Source of the DNA: Mollicutes bacterium
GTDB lineage: Bacteria; Bacillota_I; Bacilli_A; Mycoplasmatales; MT37
Direction: 5' to 3'
Assembly (NCBI GenBank): GCA_029976705.1
Contig: JARVCM010000011.1
Span: forward strand, 2,286 to 66,285
Length of the DNA stretch: 64,000 nt
Position numbers and translations under genes: made by a program. Shown one piece after another: positions 36,019 to 48,131 of the stretch; position 1 is the first letter of the stretch, and every line of letters starts with the position of its first letter. The notes under the pieces are model-generated. The model was given only the letters and a program-made list of their open reading frames with translations. It was not told where the DNA came from and did not search any database.

Positions 36019-38478
36019 ATGTTTTTAATTGATAAAAAGAAAAATTCAAAATTAAAAGAAAAGAAAGAAGAAATTAATTTCAAAATAGATCCTAAGCATG
36101 TAAAAATCATCCTTAAATTTACTTTATGATTTTTTTTAATTTTGCTTTTTGTTTTAACAATCGCAAGAATTACTGTCATTGGTCAAGGAATTTATGACAT
36201 ATTTCGTTTATTGTTCGGTTGAACTCAATATTTCATTTTTTTAGGGATTATTTTTCTTGTGATTTGAAAAAAAACTATTTTAAAAAAGAAATTCAAAAGA
36301 AAAACAGAATTTACAAAGGAAAAATTTTTCAAAATATTTTGAACTTTAATTAGTATATATTGGACGTTAGGATTAATCTCGGCAATAGTATTAATTAGTA
36401 TGCAAAATAAATCTTGACATGAATACTCATCGTATGGTTTAGACAAAATAATACCAAAATTTTTTAATGAATGAAATAACAGCAGCATATATGAATATAA
36501 ATTAAAAAACGTAAAAGATTTTTTTGACTGACATAAAATTTTTGCCGATAAATTTGATGGTGGCGGTCTTATTGGTCTGATTTTTGCCAGTTTATCTTGT
36601 TATTTACAAATAATCGGTGCTTTAATTTTAATTTTAATCAATTGATTTTTTTTATACAGTTATATTAAACATAATTCATTTTTATATTATTTTGTTGGTT
36701 ATGAAAGAAAAAAGAAAATTAAATGGGAAAACCTCAATGAAAAAGACAATTATCAAATGAAAACAAATATTATGGATGAAATTAATGACCAAGATATCAC
36801 AATTGAATTGGATGTGGCAAGAAAATTACATGCTCAAGAAAATGAAAGCGAAAATTTAATAAAAAAAAAAATTACTACGAAACAAAAAGAATTTTTACAA
36901 AACAAAAAGGAAGAAGAAATTCAATTTGTTGAGTTAGAAATTAATTCAACAAAAAATAAAACAACAAAAGAAATTGATTTTTTTAAAAACGAAAATATTG
37001 ATATTAAAAATGAAGAGTGAAAAAAATTTGATAAAAAAACAATCAACAAGAAAAATAATTATGAAACTCCAACAACAGATCTTTTTGAAGAAAGTTTTGT
37101 TCAAAACAAAGAAAAAAATAAATTAAATCAAGAAATAATTGAAGAAAATATTAACAAAATAAATGAACTTTTTAAACAATATCAAGTTAAAGCAAAAATT
37201 AAAAACGTACATTTAGGACCAAGAGTGACTAGATATGTTGTCAACTTGGAACAAGGCACTAAAGTACAAAAAATCCTTGAATTAGAGCCGGATTTAAAAT
37301 TTTCATTAGCAACAAAACAAGTTCGATTGGAAGCACCAATTCCAGGTCAGTCAGCAGTAGGAATTGAAATTCCTAATAAATATTTAACATATGTTAGTTG
37401 AAAAGAAGTATCTGAAAAATTAACGCCCAACACCGAATCATTATTATTAGGAATTGGTAAAAATTTAATGGGACAAATAGAAATTATAAAATTAGAAGAA
37501 ACGCCTCATTTACTTGTTGCCGGAAGTACCGGGGGCGGTAAATCTATTTGTTTGTTGGCGCTTATCAGTTCATTAATTTTTACCAAAACTCCTCAAAAAT
37601 TAAAATTACTTTTGATTGATCCAAAAAGAGTAGAATTAGGAATTTTTAAAAATATTCCTCATTTGATTGGACCAGTAATTACTGAAAGCAAATTAGCTCA
37701 TATTGCTTTAAATAAAATTTTAAATGAAATTGAAAAACGTTATAAATTGTTGGAAAAACAACAAACAACAAATATTATTAATTACAATAAATTAGTTGAT
37801 GAAAAAGATCAACTGCCATTTATTGTGATTGTTGTTGATGAATTGGCTGACTTAATTTTAACTAACCGAAAAGAAATTGAAACTAAAATTGTACGCATTG
37901 GACAAATTGCGCGTGCTGTAGGTATATTCATGATTTTGGCAACACAAAGACCTTCCAGTGATATTATTACCAGTCTTATTAAAACAAACATTCCAGGAAG
38001 GATTGCATTTAATGTAACTAATCATAATGATTCTAGAACAATCATAAATGTCAGTGGCGCGGAAAAATTACTTGGAAAAGGAGACTTACTTTTAAAAATA
38101 CCTGGTCAACAAACAAAAAGAGTTCAAGGGGTTTGAATTGGTACAAATGATATTCAAAAACTCACTAATTTTTGAAAAAAAAATAATGAAAAAAATTCTT
38201 ATTGAGAAGAATTTAAAAATTTAGAAATCGAACATAAAAAAAATATGAAATCAAAATTCAATGATTTATCAGAAAACGATCAAGATTTATATCAAGAAAT
38301 TAAAATATTTTTAAATGATGTTGAAGAAGTATCTATTTCTTTGATTCAAAGAAAATTTAATCTTGGTTTTAATCGTGCAGCGCGACTTTTTGAAAAATTA
38401 GAAAAAGAAGAAATTATTTCTAAAAATAAAGAAAAAAAGAGTCGTAAAATTTTTCACGATAAATTAAAATTAGATTAA
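36019..38478 (+). CDS. ftsK: DNA translocase FtsK/SpoIIIE
   Basis: Track ORFs 36757, 37468 and 38245 share one frame with ATG 36019. N-terminal TM domain, Walker A VAGSTGGGKS, Walker B IVVDELADL and a winged-helix gamma domain at the C-terminus. Confidence 0.92.
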
Positions 38479-38480
38479 TT

Positions 38481-39482
38481 TTAATTAATAAAATTAAAAC
38501 CTAAAATTTTTTGAATTTTCTTAAATTTAGAATCAACTTGTTTTTGCGCTCTTTTTCTTCCTTCTTCAAGATATTTATTTACTAATTTAGAATCATCCTG
38601 ATAATTTTGAACATTTTTTTGAATTGGTGTGATTATTTCAATAATTGACGCCGCAACCATTTGTTTTAAAATAAAATAATTGGAACATTTTTTTTGTAAA
38701 ATCAAAACAGTTTTTTCTATTGTAATGTTCTTTGACATGGCGTAAAGGAGAATCAAATTAGAAATGCCAGGTTTTTTTTCAAAATCAAAAATTATTTTAT
38801 TTTCGGAATCAGTTTTACAAGCAATAATCTTATCTTTAATTATTTCAGAATTATCATGAAAAAAAATAATACCCCTCGGATCTTGAGAAGATTTTGACAT
38901 TTTTACAGTTGGTTTTTGCAAATCACGTATTCGATAATTAAAAAATGAATTATTAATTAAATTAGGTTGATAAAATATTTTTTGGTGAAAACTGTTATTA
39001 ATTTTTTGTGCCAAGTCGCGAGTTAATTCAACATGTTGCTTTTGATCGTTGCCGACTCAAACATCTGCATCATAAAGCAAAATATCACTAGCCATTAAAA
39101 GCGGATAATTTAAAAGTGCCAAATTTTGAAAATTACGATTCTTCTTACTTTTGAATTGTGTCATTCTTAATAAAGTACCAATATTTGTGTGACAACCCAA
39201 AATAAACGCCATTTTAGAATGACCAGAAATTTGTGATTGAACAAAAATTTCATTAGATGGAAAACCACAAGCAAAAAGATAATTAGCAGTTTGTTGGCGT
39301 AATTTTATCAGTTCATTTGAAACATGTTTAGTTGTAATGGCATGTAAATCAGCAATAGAAAAAAAAAAATTATAATTTTTTTTGATTGCCAAAATAGGTT
39401 TAAGCACAAATAAATAATGAGCGATTGTCAATTTTCCTGAAATAGTAATTGCTGTAATTAAATTAGTTTTTGACTTAGACAT
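38481..39482 (-). CDS. trpS: tryptophan--tRNA ligase
   Basis: Two track ORFs joined by one TGA. KMSKS motif and VGNDQKQHVELTRD. Confidence 0.95.
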
Positions 39483-39507
39483 TTTTTATATAAAAAATTA
39501 ATTAATT

Positions 39508-39999
39508 TTATTTGGATGAAATTTTTGTTTTTGAGAATGAATAACCTAAAAAAAGTTTTTGTCAATTATGAAACAATTTAATAGAAAGCGAAACACCCAC
39601 AAACGTAGTTATAATTTGAACAGGCAATAAAATTAAAACTAAAATTTTATTTTGTCAACTAACAATATCGTTAACTTTTAAAATAAAAACAATACCAACA
39701 AAAACATTTATTAAAACTGTAAAAAAAATAACTTGAAGTGTTTTATACATAGTTTTAATTTCTTTTTTATTTTTACTAAAAAAATGAAAAAATGAAAAAT
39801 ATAAAAAGAAAGCACCTAACGAAGAAAAAAAGAAAGTTCAACTTAATACTTTTAATATTTTTAAATCAATAAATCCGTTGGGAAAAAAATAAAAAGTACT
39901 TAAAATCATTGAAAAGACAAATCCTAAAATTAAAAAATATCTTGTTAATAAAAAACCTTTAAAAACAAACAAATTAGGTTTTACAGGAAACTGTTGCAT
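39508..39999 (-). CDS. hypothetical membrane protein
   Basis: Code-4 ORF of 163 aa. All in-frame triplets were checked. About 4 hydrophobic segments. No recognised family. Confidence 0.45.
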
Positions 40000-40005
40000 A
40001 AAAAA

Positions 40006-40080
40006 TGGAGCAGATGATGGGAATCGAACCCACTACCTCAGATTGGAAGTCTGACATTTTGCCGAGTAAACTACATCTGC
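40006..40080 (-). tRNA. tRNA-Gly (TCC)
   Basis: Anticodon arm TCAGA-CTTCCAA-TCTGA and acceptor GCAGATG/CATCTGC. Confidence 0.88.
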
Positions 40081-40163
40081 CTAAATAGTAAAATCACTAA
40101 TACTAACGATTTTAACATAAAAAAATATCATTATTTTAAAACTAATTTTTTTAAAACAATCTT

Positions 40164-40862
40164 TTAATTTAAGTTTAAACCTTCATATTGAAATAAAGCA
40201 AAAAATACAAAAATAGAAACTGCATTTGCTAAATTGATACTACTCACAAATTTTGTTTGATTAATATTAAAAAGTTGGTTTGGATATTTCTTTTTTAACT
40301 TTTGTGGCAAACCAATAGATTCAGAACCAAAAACAAAATAAATAGGTTCATCAATCAGGAGAAAATTCAAATGATCTAATTTTTTTTTTCCTTTAGAAGA
40401 AGTAAAAACAAGAAAAACATTGTTGTTTTTTTGGCAAAAATCATTTCAATCCGAATAAATTTTAATATTTGTTAAATTAAAATGATTGGTGCTACTTCTT
40501 TTTAATCACTTTTCTGAAAAAATAAATCCAAAAGGCTCAATTAAATGTAATTGAAAATCAAAACCCACAGATAAACGTATAATTGTTCCGACATTACCAG
40601 CAATTTCTGGTTGATATAAAACAACATGAATTTTCTTATTAAAAAAATATTTTTGTGTAATTTGATTTTTTCAAAAATAAATTAAATTTTCACACTTAAA
40701 ACAACGTAAAAATATAAACTTTTGATTTTTAAAGTTTTTATAATTTTGAAAACTATAATTTTTACCAAAATCAACATTATTACAAAATCAACAAAAAAGG
40801 GGAGATGTTTTAATTTTTTGTTTTTCTTCTTTTGTTAGAATTTGTTGATCATTTGTTTTCAT
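40164..40862 (-). CDS. trmL: SpoU/TrmL-type tRNA 2'-O-methyltransferase with an N-terminal CxxC..CxxC zinc-ribbon extension
   Basis: 232-codon code-4 ORF, with all in-frame triplets checked. The C-terminal ~155 aa read HVVLYQPEIAGNVGTIIR..FVFGSESIGLP..SINLANAV. The N-terminal ~75 aa contain CWFC and CFKC. There is no ATG, GTG or TTG at the TrmL domain boundary. Confidence 0.75.
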
Positions 40863-40888
40863 TTTTAATTAAGCAAAAATAGTATTTA

Positions 40889-42886
40889 TTATGTTAAATA
40901 TTCAATACTGTCAAAATCTTCTATTTCTTCAATAAAAATTGAATTAGAATTATCGCTAGTTGTAATAAATAATTCTTTTTTAGCTCTTGTAATTGCCACA
41001 AAAAATAAACGCCTTTCTTCTTCAACATCAATTGTTGAACGAAACAGATTAGGAAAATTATTACTGGAAACATTGAATATAAAAACATGAGAAAATTCCA
41101 ATCCTTTTGCACTATGAATGGTCATTAAATTAATTTTTTGACGAGAATTAGAAAGATCGTCAGCTGCTGAAAGATTAGTATGAACAAGAAATTCACTAAT
41201 TTTTTCTCTTATAGATAAATTTAAATGATTGCCTTCAAATTCAACTACCACCTCTTCAATTAAAGCATCAATATTTTTTAAACGTTGTTCATAGTCAACA
41301 TTATTTTGCAAAATAGGTTCATAAATATCTTGAAATAATTTACGAATAATAATTTTCAAAGATTTTAAATTATTCAAATTATTATTTATAGTTTTAAAAA
41401 CTGACCAAAAAGAATTAATTTGTTCTTGAAAGCGTGTTAAAAAAATTAAATTATTTTTTGATAAAAAATTAAATATTGTTTCTTTTTTAGCATTCGCTAA
41501 TTTGCGAACACGAACAATAGTACTAGGACCAATCCCATTAATTCAACTTAAAAGATTTTCTACATGTATGTCTTTAGGATTAAACAAAATAGAAAGTAAA
41601 ACTAACAATTCTTTAATTTCTTTTCTTTTAAAAAACTCTAAACCTTTAAAAATTTGATAAGGAAGATTTTTTTTAATTAAAAAATTTTCTAATATTCCAG
41701 AAACAGAATTAATTCTATATAAAATTGCAATTTGATTTAAAGGTACCAAATTAGCAGATAATTTTTCAATTTGTTCAGCAACAAAATTTGCTTCTTTAAA
41801 AATATTATAACCGCCAAATAAAAAAATTTTTTTACCTTGTTTTTCTTGAGCGATAAGTTTTTTGGCAACTCTCTTCTTATTATTTTCAATCAACAAATTT
41901 GCCAAATTAACAATATTTTTTGTAGAACGGTAATTAACAATTAATTTTATTGTTACCAAATTATAAAAATGTTTATCCAAATCAAGAATAAAATCAACAT
42001 TAGCACCTCTTCAACCATAAATTGTTTGATCTGGATCACCAACAACCGTTAATCTTAAATCTTTGCCGGAATTAGTCAATAATTTCACTATATCAAATTG
42101 CAAAGAACTAATATCTTGAAATTCATCAATTGCTAAATAATCATACTTATTACGTCATTTTTTCAAAATTTTTGGATTTTGTTGAAAAATTTGATGCGTT
42201 TTAATAAGCAAATCATTAAAATCTAAGAACCCTTCTTTTTGTTTATAATTGTTGTAATCTAATCAAAAATATCAAATGTTCGTTTTTTGTTCGTTTTTTA
42301 ATTCTTCAAATAAATAATTTTCATTTGTTAAATTAAGAAAATTAGAATAATTTTTAACTTTTTTTTGTTGTAAATAATTGATAATTACAATTATTTTTTT
42401 TGCTAAATCACTATCTATACGTTGTTTGTTATCTTGTTGTTTTGAAAGCAAAATTTTTATTAATTGTAATTGATCTGAACGATCTAAAACACTAATTTCT
42501 TGGTTTTCTAATTTTAAATATTTTTTTTCTCGTTTCAAGACAAAATAACAAAACGCATGATAAGTAAATACCGGTAAATTATCAGTTGATATTTGTTTTA
42601 ACGCTTTAATAATTTTATTTTTAATGTTTTCGCATGCTTTTCTAGTAAATGTTAAAGTCAAAATACGTTGTGGTAAAATTTGGTGTTTTTTAAACAAAAA
42701 TGTAATTCTTTCTGTTAAAACAGTTGTTTTCCCGGTTCCTGGACCGGCTATAATGCGAAGGTTATAATCAGGAGAATAAGTTGTCGCTTGCTTTTGTTCT
42801 TTATTCAAAGAGACAAAAGAACCTTCAAAATAATCTTTTTGTTGGTTTGAAATTAATGAATTATTAGATTTTAATTTTTTTTTCAT
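40889..42886 (-). CDS. pcrA: ATP-dependent DNA helicase, UvrD/PcrA family
   Basis: Three track ORFs lie in one frame. AGPGTGKTTVL, DEFQD, VGDPDQTIYGWRGA and SAKGLEF motifs. 665 aa. Confidence 0.92.
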
Positions 42887-42930
42887 TTTTTTTTTATTAC
42901 TTATAAAAAAGTTAATTTTAACATCTATAA

Positions 42931-42972
42931 CAAAAACAGAAAATCAACGATCAAGAAAAACTTGATGTTGAG
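42931..42972 (-). terminator. candidate rho-independent terminator after the RDD gene
   Basis: The minus-strand hairpin TCAACATCAAG-TTTTT-CTTGATCGTTGA (one bulge) is followed by TTTTCTGTTTTTG. Confidence 0.45.
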
Positions 42973-43051
42973 GATTAATTCTGACAAAAATAAAATAAAA
43001 TAACCATCATAAAAAAATAATTATGCTAGCACGTTGCAAAAAATAAATGCT

Positions 43052-43447
43052 ATTAAATTCTTTATCTAAAAGATTCATTATTAAAAAATAAAAAAAATAA
43101 AGAATTCATGTTAAAAATACAGGTACAAAAATAATGAAAAATTCACGCATAAAAAGAGATAGAAAAATTTTAGTTTTTTTACAAGAAGAAGAAAATAATA
43201 ACCTTATTCCAAACAATTTTTTTGCTAAAGTTTGATAAGAAAAAAAATAAGGAACAAAAACAAAATAAACAATAAAAACAAGCAAAAAAATTAAATTAAT
43301 AAATAAAATTTGAAAAGTAATATTGAAAAATGTAAATTGATTAAAAAAAAGAAAAGCAATAACCAAGATAAACATAAAAAACAAAATATCACAAATACGA
43401 GCAAAAATTCTTTTGGTTGTTGAGGCTAAAATTGGTTCTAATTTCAT
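43052..43447 (-). CDS. RDD family membrane protein
   Basis: KRIFARICDILFF is an RDD-like N-terminus. 3 TM segments. Track ORF 43106-43447 is extended through TGA. Confidence 0.55.
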
Positions 43448-44028
43448 TATTGTTTTAAACTATAAAATGTTTCTTTTTTACCCAATATAATTAAATTTTT
43501 CAGTGCTTTATTTTTTTTAAAAGATCAAAAAACAAAAAAATTAAAAATAGGATTCACAATAATTAAAGCGATTGTAATGTGGGGATAAACTGTAAAAAAA
43601 AAGAAAAAATTTTTGTTAAAAATAGCAACACTTAGAATAAAAAAACCACAAATATATAAAAAAGGCAGCAAAAAAATACATAAAACCAAAGATTTAGAAT
43701 TTTTATTTAATAAAGAAATAAACATCGCCGACAAACCTGTGACTAATCAAATAAAAATATAAAATGGACTAAAAAGTAAAAACAAATCAAACAACAAATG
43801 TCCCAAAAAACTAATAACAAAAGCTTGATATGGACGAAAAATAAAACCAATAAATCAAATTAAAAAATAAAAAAACGGAATATGAATATCCAGAATTCGT
43901 AAAGGAAGTGTAAAATAACCTAAAATTGGTCATAACGCGATAAAAAAGGCGCTTTGAATAATATTTTTTGTTGTTCAATTAAAATTATTTAAAAAAAATT
44001 TATTTCATTTAGTTTTTACAAAATTCAT
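43447..44028 (-). CDS. hypothetical membrane protein
   Basis: Code-4 ORF of 193 aa, triplet-checked, containing track ORF 43525-43734. 5-6 hydrophobic segments. Its stop overlaps the RDD start (TAATG). Confidence 0.5.
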
Positions 44029-44036
44029 TTTCAAAA

Positions 44037-44113
44037 TGGTGGGACCATTGGGACTTGAACCCAAGACCTCACGGTTATAAACCGTGTGCTCTGACCAACT
44101 AAGCTATAGCCCC
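44037..44113 (-). tRNA. tRNA-Ile (TAT anticodon)
   Basis: Cloverleaf GGGGCTATAGCTTAGTTGGTCAGAGCA. Anticodon arm CACGG-TTTATAA-CCGTG. T-arm TTGGGTTCAAGTCCCAA. Encoded CCA. Confidence 0.85.
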
Positions 44114-44206
44114 GTTCTTTTATTAATTAAATAAAAAATAAAATATATAATTTAATTATATATTCTATTTTTATTAGCATTATTTCAACTTTAAAAAATA
44201 ATAATA

Positions 44207-44623
44207 TTATCTTTTTGAAAATTGTGGTGCTTTACGAGCTTTTTTTAAACCGTATTTTTTTCTTTCTTTTTTACGAGAATCTCTTGTTAATAATTTAAAT
44301 TGTTTTAAAATTGACAAATAATCTCCTGAAACTTTAATTAAAACTTTAGAAATAGCATGGCGCGTTGCTTCACTTTGACCATTGAAACCTCCACCACGTA
44401 TCTTAATCTTTACATCAAATTTATCATCAACTTTAGTAAGAAAAAGGGGTTTTAAAATTTTATCTACTAAAATTTGATTAGGAAAATATTTAATTAATTC
44501 AACACCGTTTTTTCAATCGGTGGTACTGATTTTTATTTTTGGTTTTTTGGCGGTTTTTTCAAAAAGCATAACCTGAGCAACAGAAGCCTTTCTTTTCCCG
44601 GTCGCGCGATAAATTGTTTTCAT
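44207..44623 (-). CDS. rpsI: 30S ribosomal protein S9
   Basis: Reads ..GKRKASVAQV..GGGFNGQSEATRHAISKVL..RDSRKKERKKYGLKKARKAPQFSKR. Confidence 0.95.
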
Positions 44624-44627
44624 TTAA

Positions 44628-45065
44628 TTAATCAATCAAGTTCAAAGTTTTTGGTTTTTGACCTTCGTGTGGATGTTTTTCATTGACGTAAAGAAAAAGT
44701 CGTAATATTTGTTTGCCTGCTAAGCGATTTCTTGGCAACATTCCTTTTACAGCCTTTTGTAAAATTAATGCTGGATTTTTTTTAAATAAATCGTTGGCGG
44801 TTCTTTTTTTTAACCCCCCAGGATAATTGGAGTGAGAATAATAAATCTTATCGGTTCATTTTTTACCAGTTAAAATAATTTTATCTACATTAACAACAAC
44901 CAAATTATCACCACAATCTAGATGAGGTGTATAAAACACTTTATTTGTACCGCGTAAAATATTAGTAATTTTTGTTGCTAAACGTCCCAGAACTAAATTT
45001 TTAGCATCAACAAAGAATCAATCACGACAAATATCTTCTTTTCTAATCATTTTTGTTGTCTTCAT
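44628..45065 (-). CDS. rplM: 50S ribosomal protein L13
   Basis: Reads ..[30 protein letters not shown]... Confidence 0.95.
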
Positions 45066-45078
45066 TTCTTTCTCAGAG

Positions 45079-45084
45079 ATTATA
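45079..45084 (-). promoter_or_regulatory. candidate -10 box (TATAAT) upstream of rplM-rpsI
   Basis: The minus strand reads GGTATAATCTCTGAGAAAGAAATG, with a TTCAAC-like -35 box 17 nt upstream. Confidence 0.35.
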
Positions 45085-45191
45085 CCGTAATTAAAAACTC
45101 AGTTGAAGGTAATCTTAATTTCATTTTAAGTATGTATCTCATTAATATAGCGATTAAGAATAAAATCCATATTGGATAAACCACCATTTAT

Positions 45192-45998
45192 TCAATAAAG
45201 ATAAGAAATAATTGTAAAAAAAACCAAAAAAACAACACCAAAAATCAAAAAATTACAACGTGACAAAATAAATTGTTGATATCTTGTGCGTTTTTTAAAA
45301 GGATCATATCCTCTTGATTCCATCGCTATTGCCATTTCATCAGCACATTTAAAAATAGAAATAATTAAAGGGATTAACAAAGAAATTAATGCTTTTAATT
45401 TATTTTTAAGATTACTATTACGAAAATCCAGTCCGCGCGATGCTTGCGCCAGCATAATGTTATTTGCTTCTTGAATTAAAGTCGGTACTAATCGCAAAGT
45501 GAGAGAAATAATCATAGAAAAAATATGAGTTGGAAAACGAATTAATTTTAAAGGTTTCAATAAACTTTCAATAGATAAAGTTAATACTTTTGGTTTAATA
45601 GTTGTAATTAAAATCACTGTCAACAAAATAACCAAAAACACCCTTAATGAATAATAAAAAGTGACAGCAATTCCTGAATAACTTAAAGCTAAAAAATTTC
45701 AACTTCAAATCACACCTTTTTTTGTAACACTGCTTGAATTGATGTTTATCAAATTAATAAGAAAAAGAAAAAACAGTAAAAATAATGATGTTTTTAAAAT
45801 TTTTCAAAGTAAAATTTTTGGTAATTTTGCTAAACAAAAAATAAAAAGAAAGAAGAAGAGTAAAAAGAAATAAGAAATAAAATTTAATTTTAAAAAAATC
45901 AGCGAAAGTAATAAAATATAAGAAGCAAATTTAAAACGACCATCAAAACGATGAATTCAAGAATCTCGAAAAATGTATTTACCAAATATAAGTTTCAT
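45192..45998 (-). CDS. ecfT: ECF transporter transmembrane subunit EcfT
   Basis: Track ORF 45192-45641 is extended upstream through TGA codons. AQASRG..MESRGY motifs. Follows ecfA1-ecfA2. Confidence 0.88.
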
Positions 45999-46000
45999 AA

Positions 46001-46876
46001 TTAGTTCTTTTTCTTAAAGTAATCAACTACACTGGTAATTAATTTATTTTCATCTTGAAAATTTAAATTATCCGCAACAAAACCATATTTTTTTCATAAA
46101 TTTATAAAGTTAATTGTTTTAGGAATTTTAATTTTTCATTTCTCACAAAAAACATTATCTAAAAATAATTCCATAGGCGGTCGTTTAGTTATTAATTTAC
46201 CTTGGTCCAAAACAATTACTTCGTCAGCAATTTTTAAAACATCATTATTGTCATTAGAAGTAAAAATAATTGTTTTATTATACTCATTTCGTAAATTAAC
46301 CAATAATTGTAAAAAATTATTTTTCATTGATAAATCAAACCCATTTGCTAATTGATCAAAAATAACAAAATCTGGTTCATAAGCAAAAATACCAGCAATA
46401 GCAACACGACTTTTTTGACCTCCTGATAATTCAAATGGCGAACGTTTTAAAAAAGATTCGGATAATCCTAGTAATTTTAAATATTTTTTGGCATTTTTTT
46501 TGGCATTTTTTTTGGAAAAACCAAAATTCAAAGGACCAAAAATAATATCTTTTTCCACTGTTTCTTCAAACAATTGACGTTGAACAAATTGAAAAACAAA
46601 ACCGATTTTTTTACGAATTTTATTTACATTATGAATTTTTTTTTGATTTGCTTTTATTACATAATCATCGATATGTACTTCTCCCGAAGTAGGAATTAAT
46701 AATCCGTTAAGATGTTTTAACAAAACTGTTTTTCCAGAAGAAGAAGCGCCAATAATTGCAGTAATCTTTTTATAAGCAAAAGTTGTTGTTACGTTTTCAA
46801 GTACAGAAAAACGCTCACGAGCAATTTCTTCAAAAAAATAACTTATATTTTTAACTTTGATTTCTTTTTGTTTCAT
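46001..46876 (-). CDS. ecfA2: ECF transporter ATPase EcfA2
   Basis: GASSSGKTVLL, LSGGQKSRVAIA. The track ORF is extended through two TGA codons to TAA 46001. Confidence 0.9.
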
Positions 46877-47697
46877 AAATGATTTAACAACTCCTTTTCA
46901 TCAAGAAAAATTTGATCAATTATTTTATTTTTTTTTAAATTTTGTGATAATTTATAAATAAAAGGTAGTTCTAGTCCTGAAGAATCAAGGATTAAATGTC
47001 TCTTTAAAAGTAAATTTTTTAAGTCACCAAAAAAAGTTGTTTTCCCTTCTTTCATTACTAAAACTTGATCAGCAAATAAAATACGTTCAATATCATGAGT
47101 AATTTCAATTACTGTTATTGATGGATCTTTTTTCAACAAATCAATAATTTTTAAAATTTCTAATTGTGCTTTATGATCTAACATGCTTGTAGGTTCATCA
47201 AAAATAATAATTTTAGGTTCAGTAACCAAAACTGAGGCAATTGCCACTTTTTGTTTATCTCCGCCTGATAAATTAACAGGTTCCATATTAAAAATAGATT
47301 GAAGTCCTAATTTTTGCACTATATTCTTAATTTTGAAAACCATTTCATTGGGAGAAACGTTTGTATTTTCTAAACCAAAGGCAATATCATTCTCTACATC
47401 TTCACCAATAAATTGATTTTCTGGATTTTGAAAAACAAAACCAACTTCTTTAATTATGCTTTGATAATTTTTTTCGGTTAAAATTTTATCAAAAATAGTG
47501 ACTTTGCCTTCAAAATGAAGCAATAATCCAGAAATAATTTTAGCAATGGTAGATTTACCAGATCCATTAATTCCGATAACTGTTAATGAACTACCCTTTT
47601 TAACATTAAAACTGATATTATCTAAAATTAAATCTGTTTTCTTTTTGTAACGAAAAGAAACGTTTTCAAAACTAATGGCTATTTCAATCTTATTCAT
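46873..47697 (-). CDS. ecfA1: ECF transporter ATPase EcfA1
   Basis: GINGSGKST, LSGGDKQKVAIA, IFDEPTSMLD. Confidence 0.9.
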   Translation of the reverse strand: MNKIEIAISFENVSFRYKKKTDLILDNISFNVKKGSSLTVIGINGSGKSTIAKIISGLLLHFEGKVTIFDKILTEKNYQSIIKEVGFVFQNPENQFIGEDVENDIAFGLENTNVSPNEMVFKIKNIVQKLGLQSIFNMEPVNLSGGDKQKVAIASVLVTEPKIIIFDEPTSMLDHKAQLEILKIIDLLKKDPSITVIEITHDIERILFADQVLVMKEGKTTFFGDLKNLLLKRHLILDSSGLELPFIYKLSQNLKKNKIIDQIFLDEKELLNHL

Positions 47698-47764
47698 TTT
47701 ATCAATTGTGTGTTTTTTTTATTTTTTGTTTCTTAAAAAATATCTAAAATGCAACAGCGTTAAA

Positions 47765-48124
47765 TTAAACTAGAGTTAAATAGTAAACATTAGCCAAATC
47801 ACCGCGACGCGAACCTAGATTATAAACTTTAAGATATCCACCTTTTCGATCTTTATATTTAATTGCTAAATTTTTTAATTTTGCTAAAACATAAACGTTT
47901 TTATCATCTTTAACATTTTTACGAATAATTTGAAAAATTTGACGATAATCATGTAAAGTGTTATTTTTAGCAAGAGTAACAAGTTTATCAAAAGTATTTT
48001 TTACTTGATTTTTACGACTTTTTGTCACCTTAACGTGTTCGCACAAAACTAACTCAGTTACTAAATTACGAACTATGTTGCAAAATTTAGCGCGTTTATG
48101 GGCAGTATGATAAACTCTACTCAT
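47765..48124 (-). CDS. rplQ: 50S ribosomal protein L17
   Basis: 119-aa basic protein downstream of rpoA. Confidence 0.92.
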   Translation of the reverse strand: MSRVYHTAHKRAKFCNIVRNLVTELVLCEHVKVTKSRKNQVKNTFDKLVTLAKNNTLHDYRQIFQIIRKNVKDDKNVYVLAKLKNLAIKYKDRKGGYLKVYNLGSRRGDLANVYYLTLV

Positions 48125-48131
48125 TTATTTA

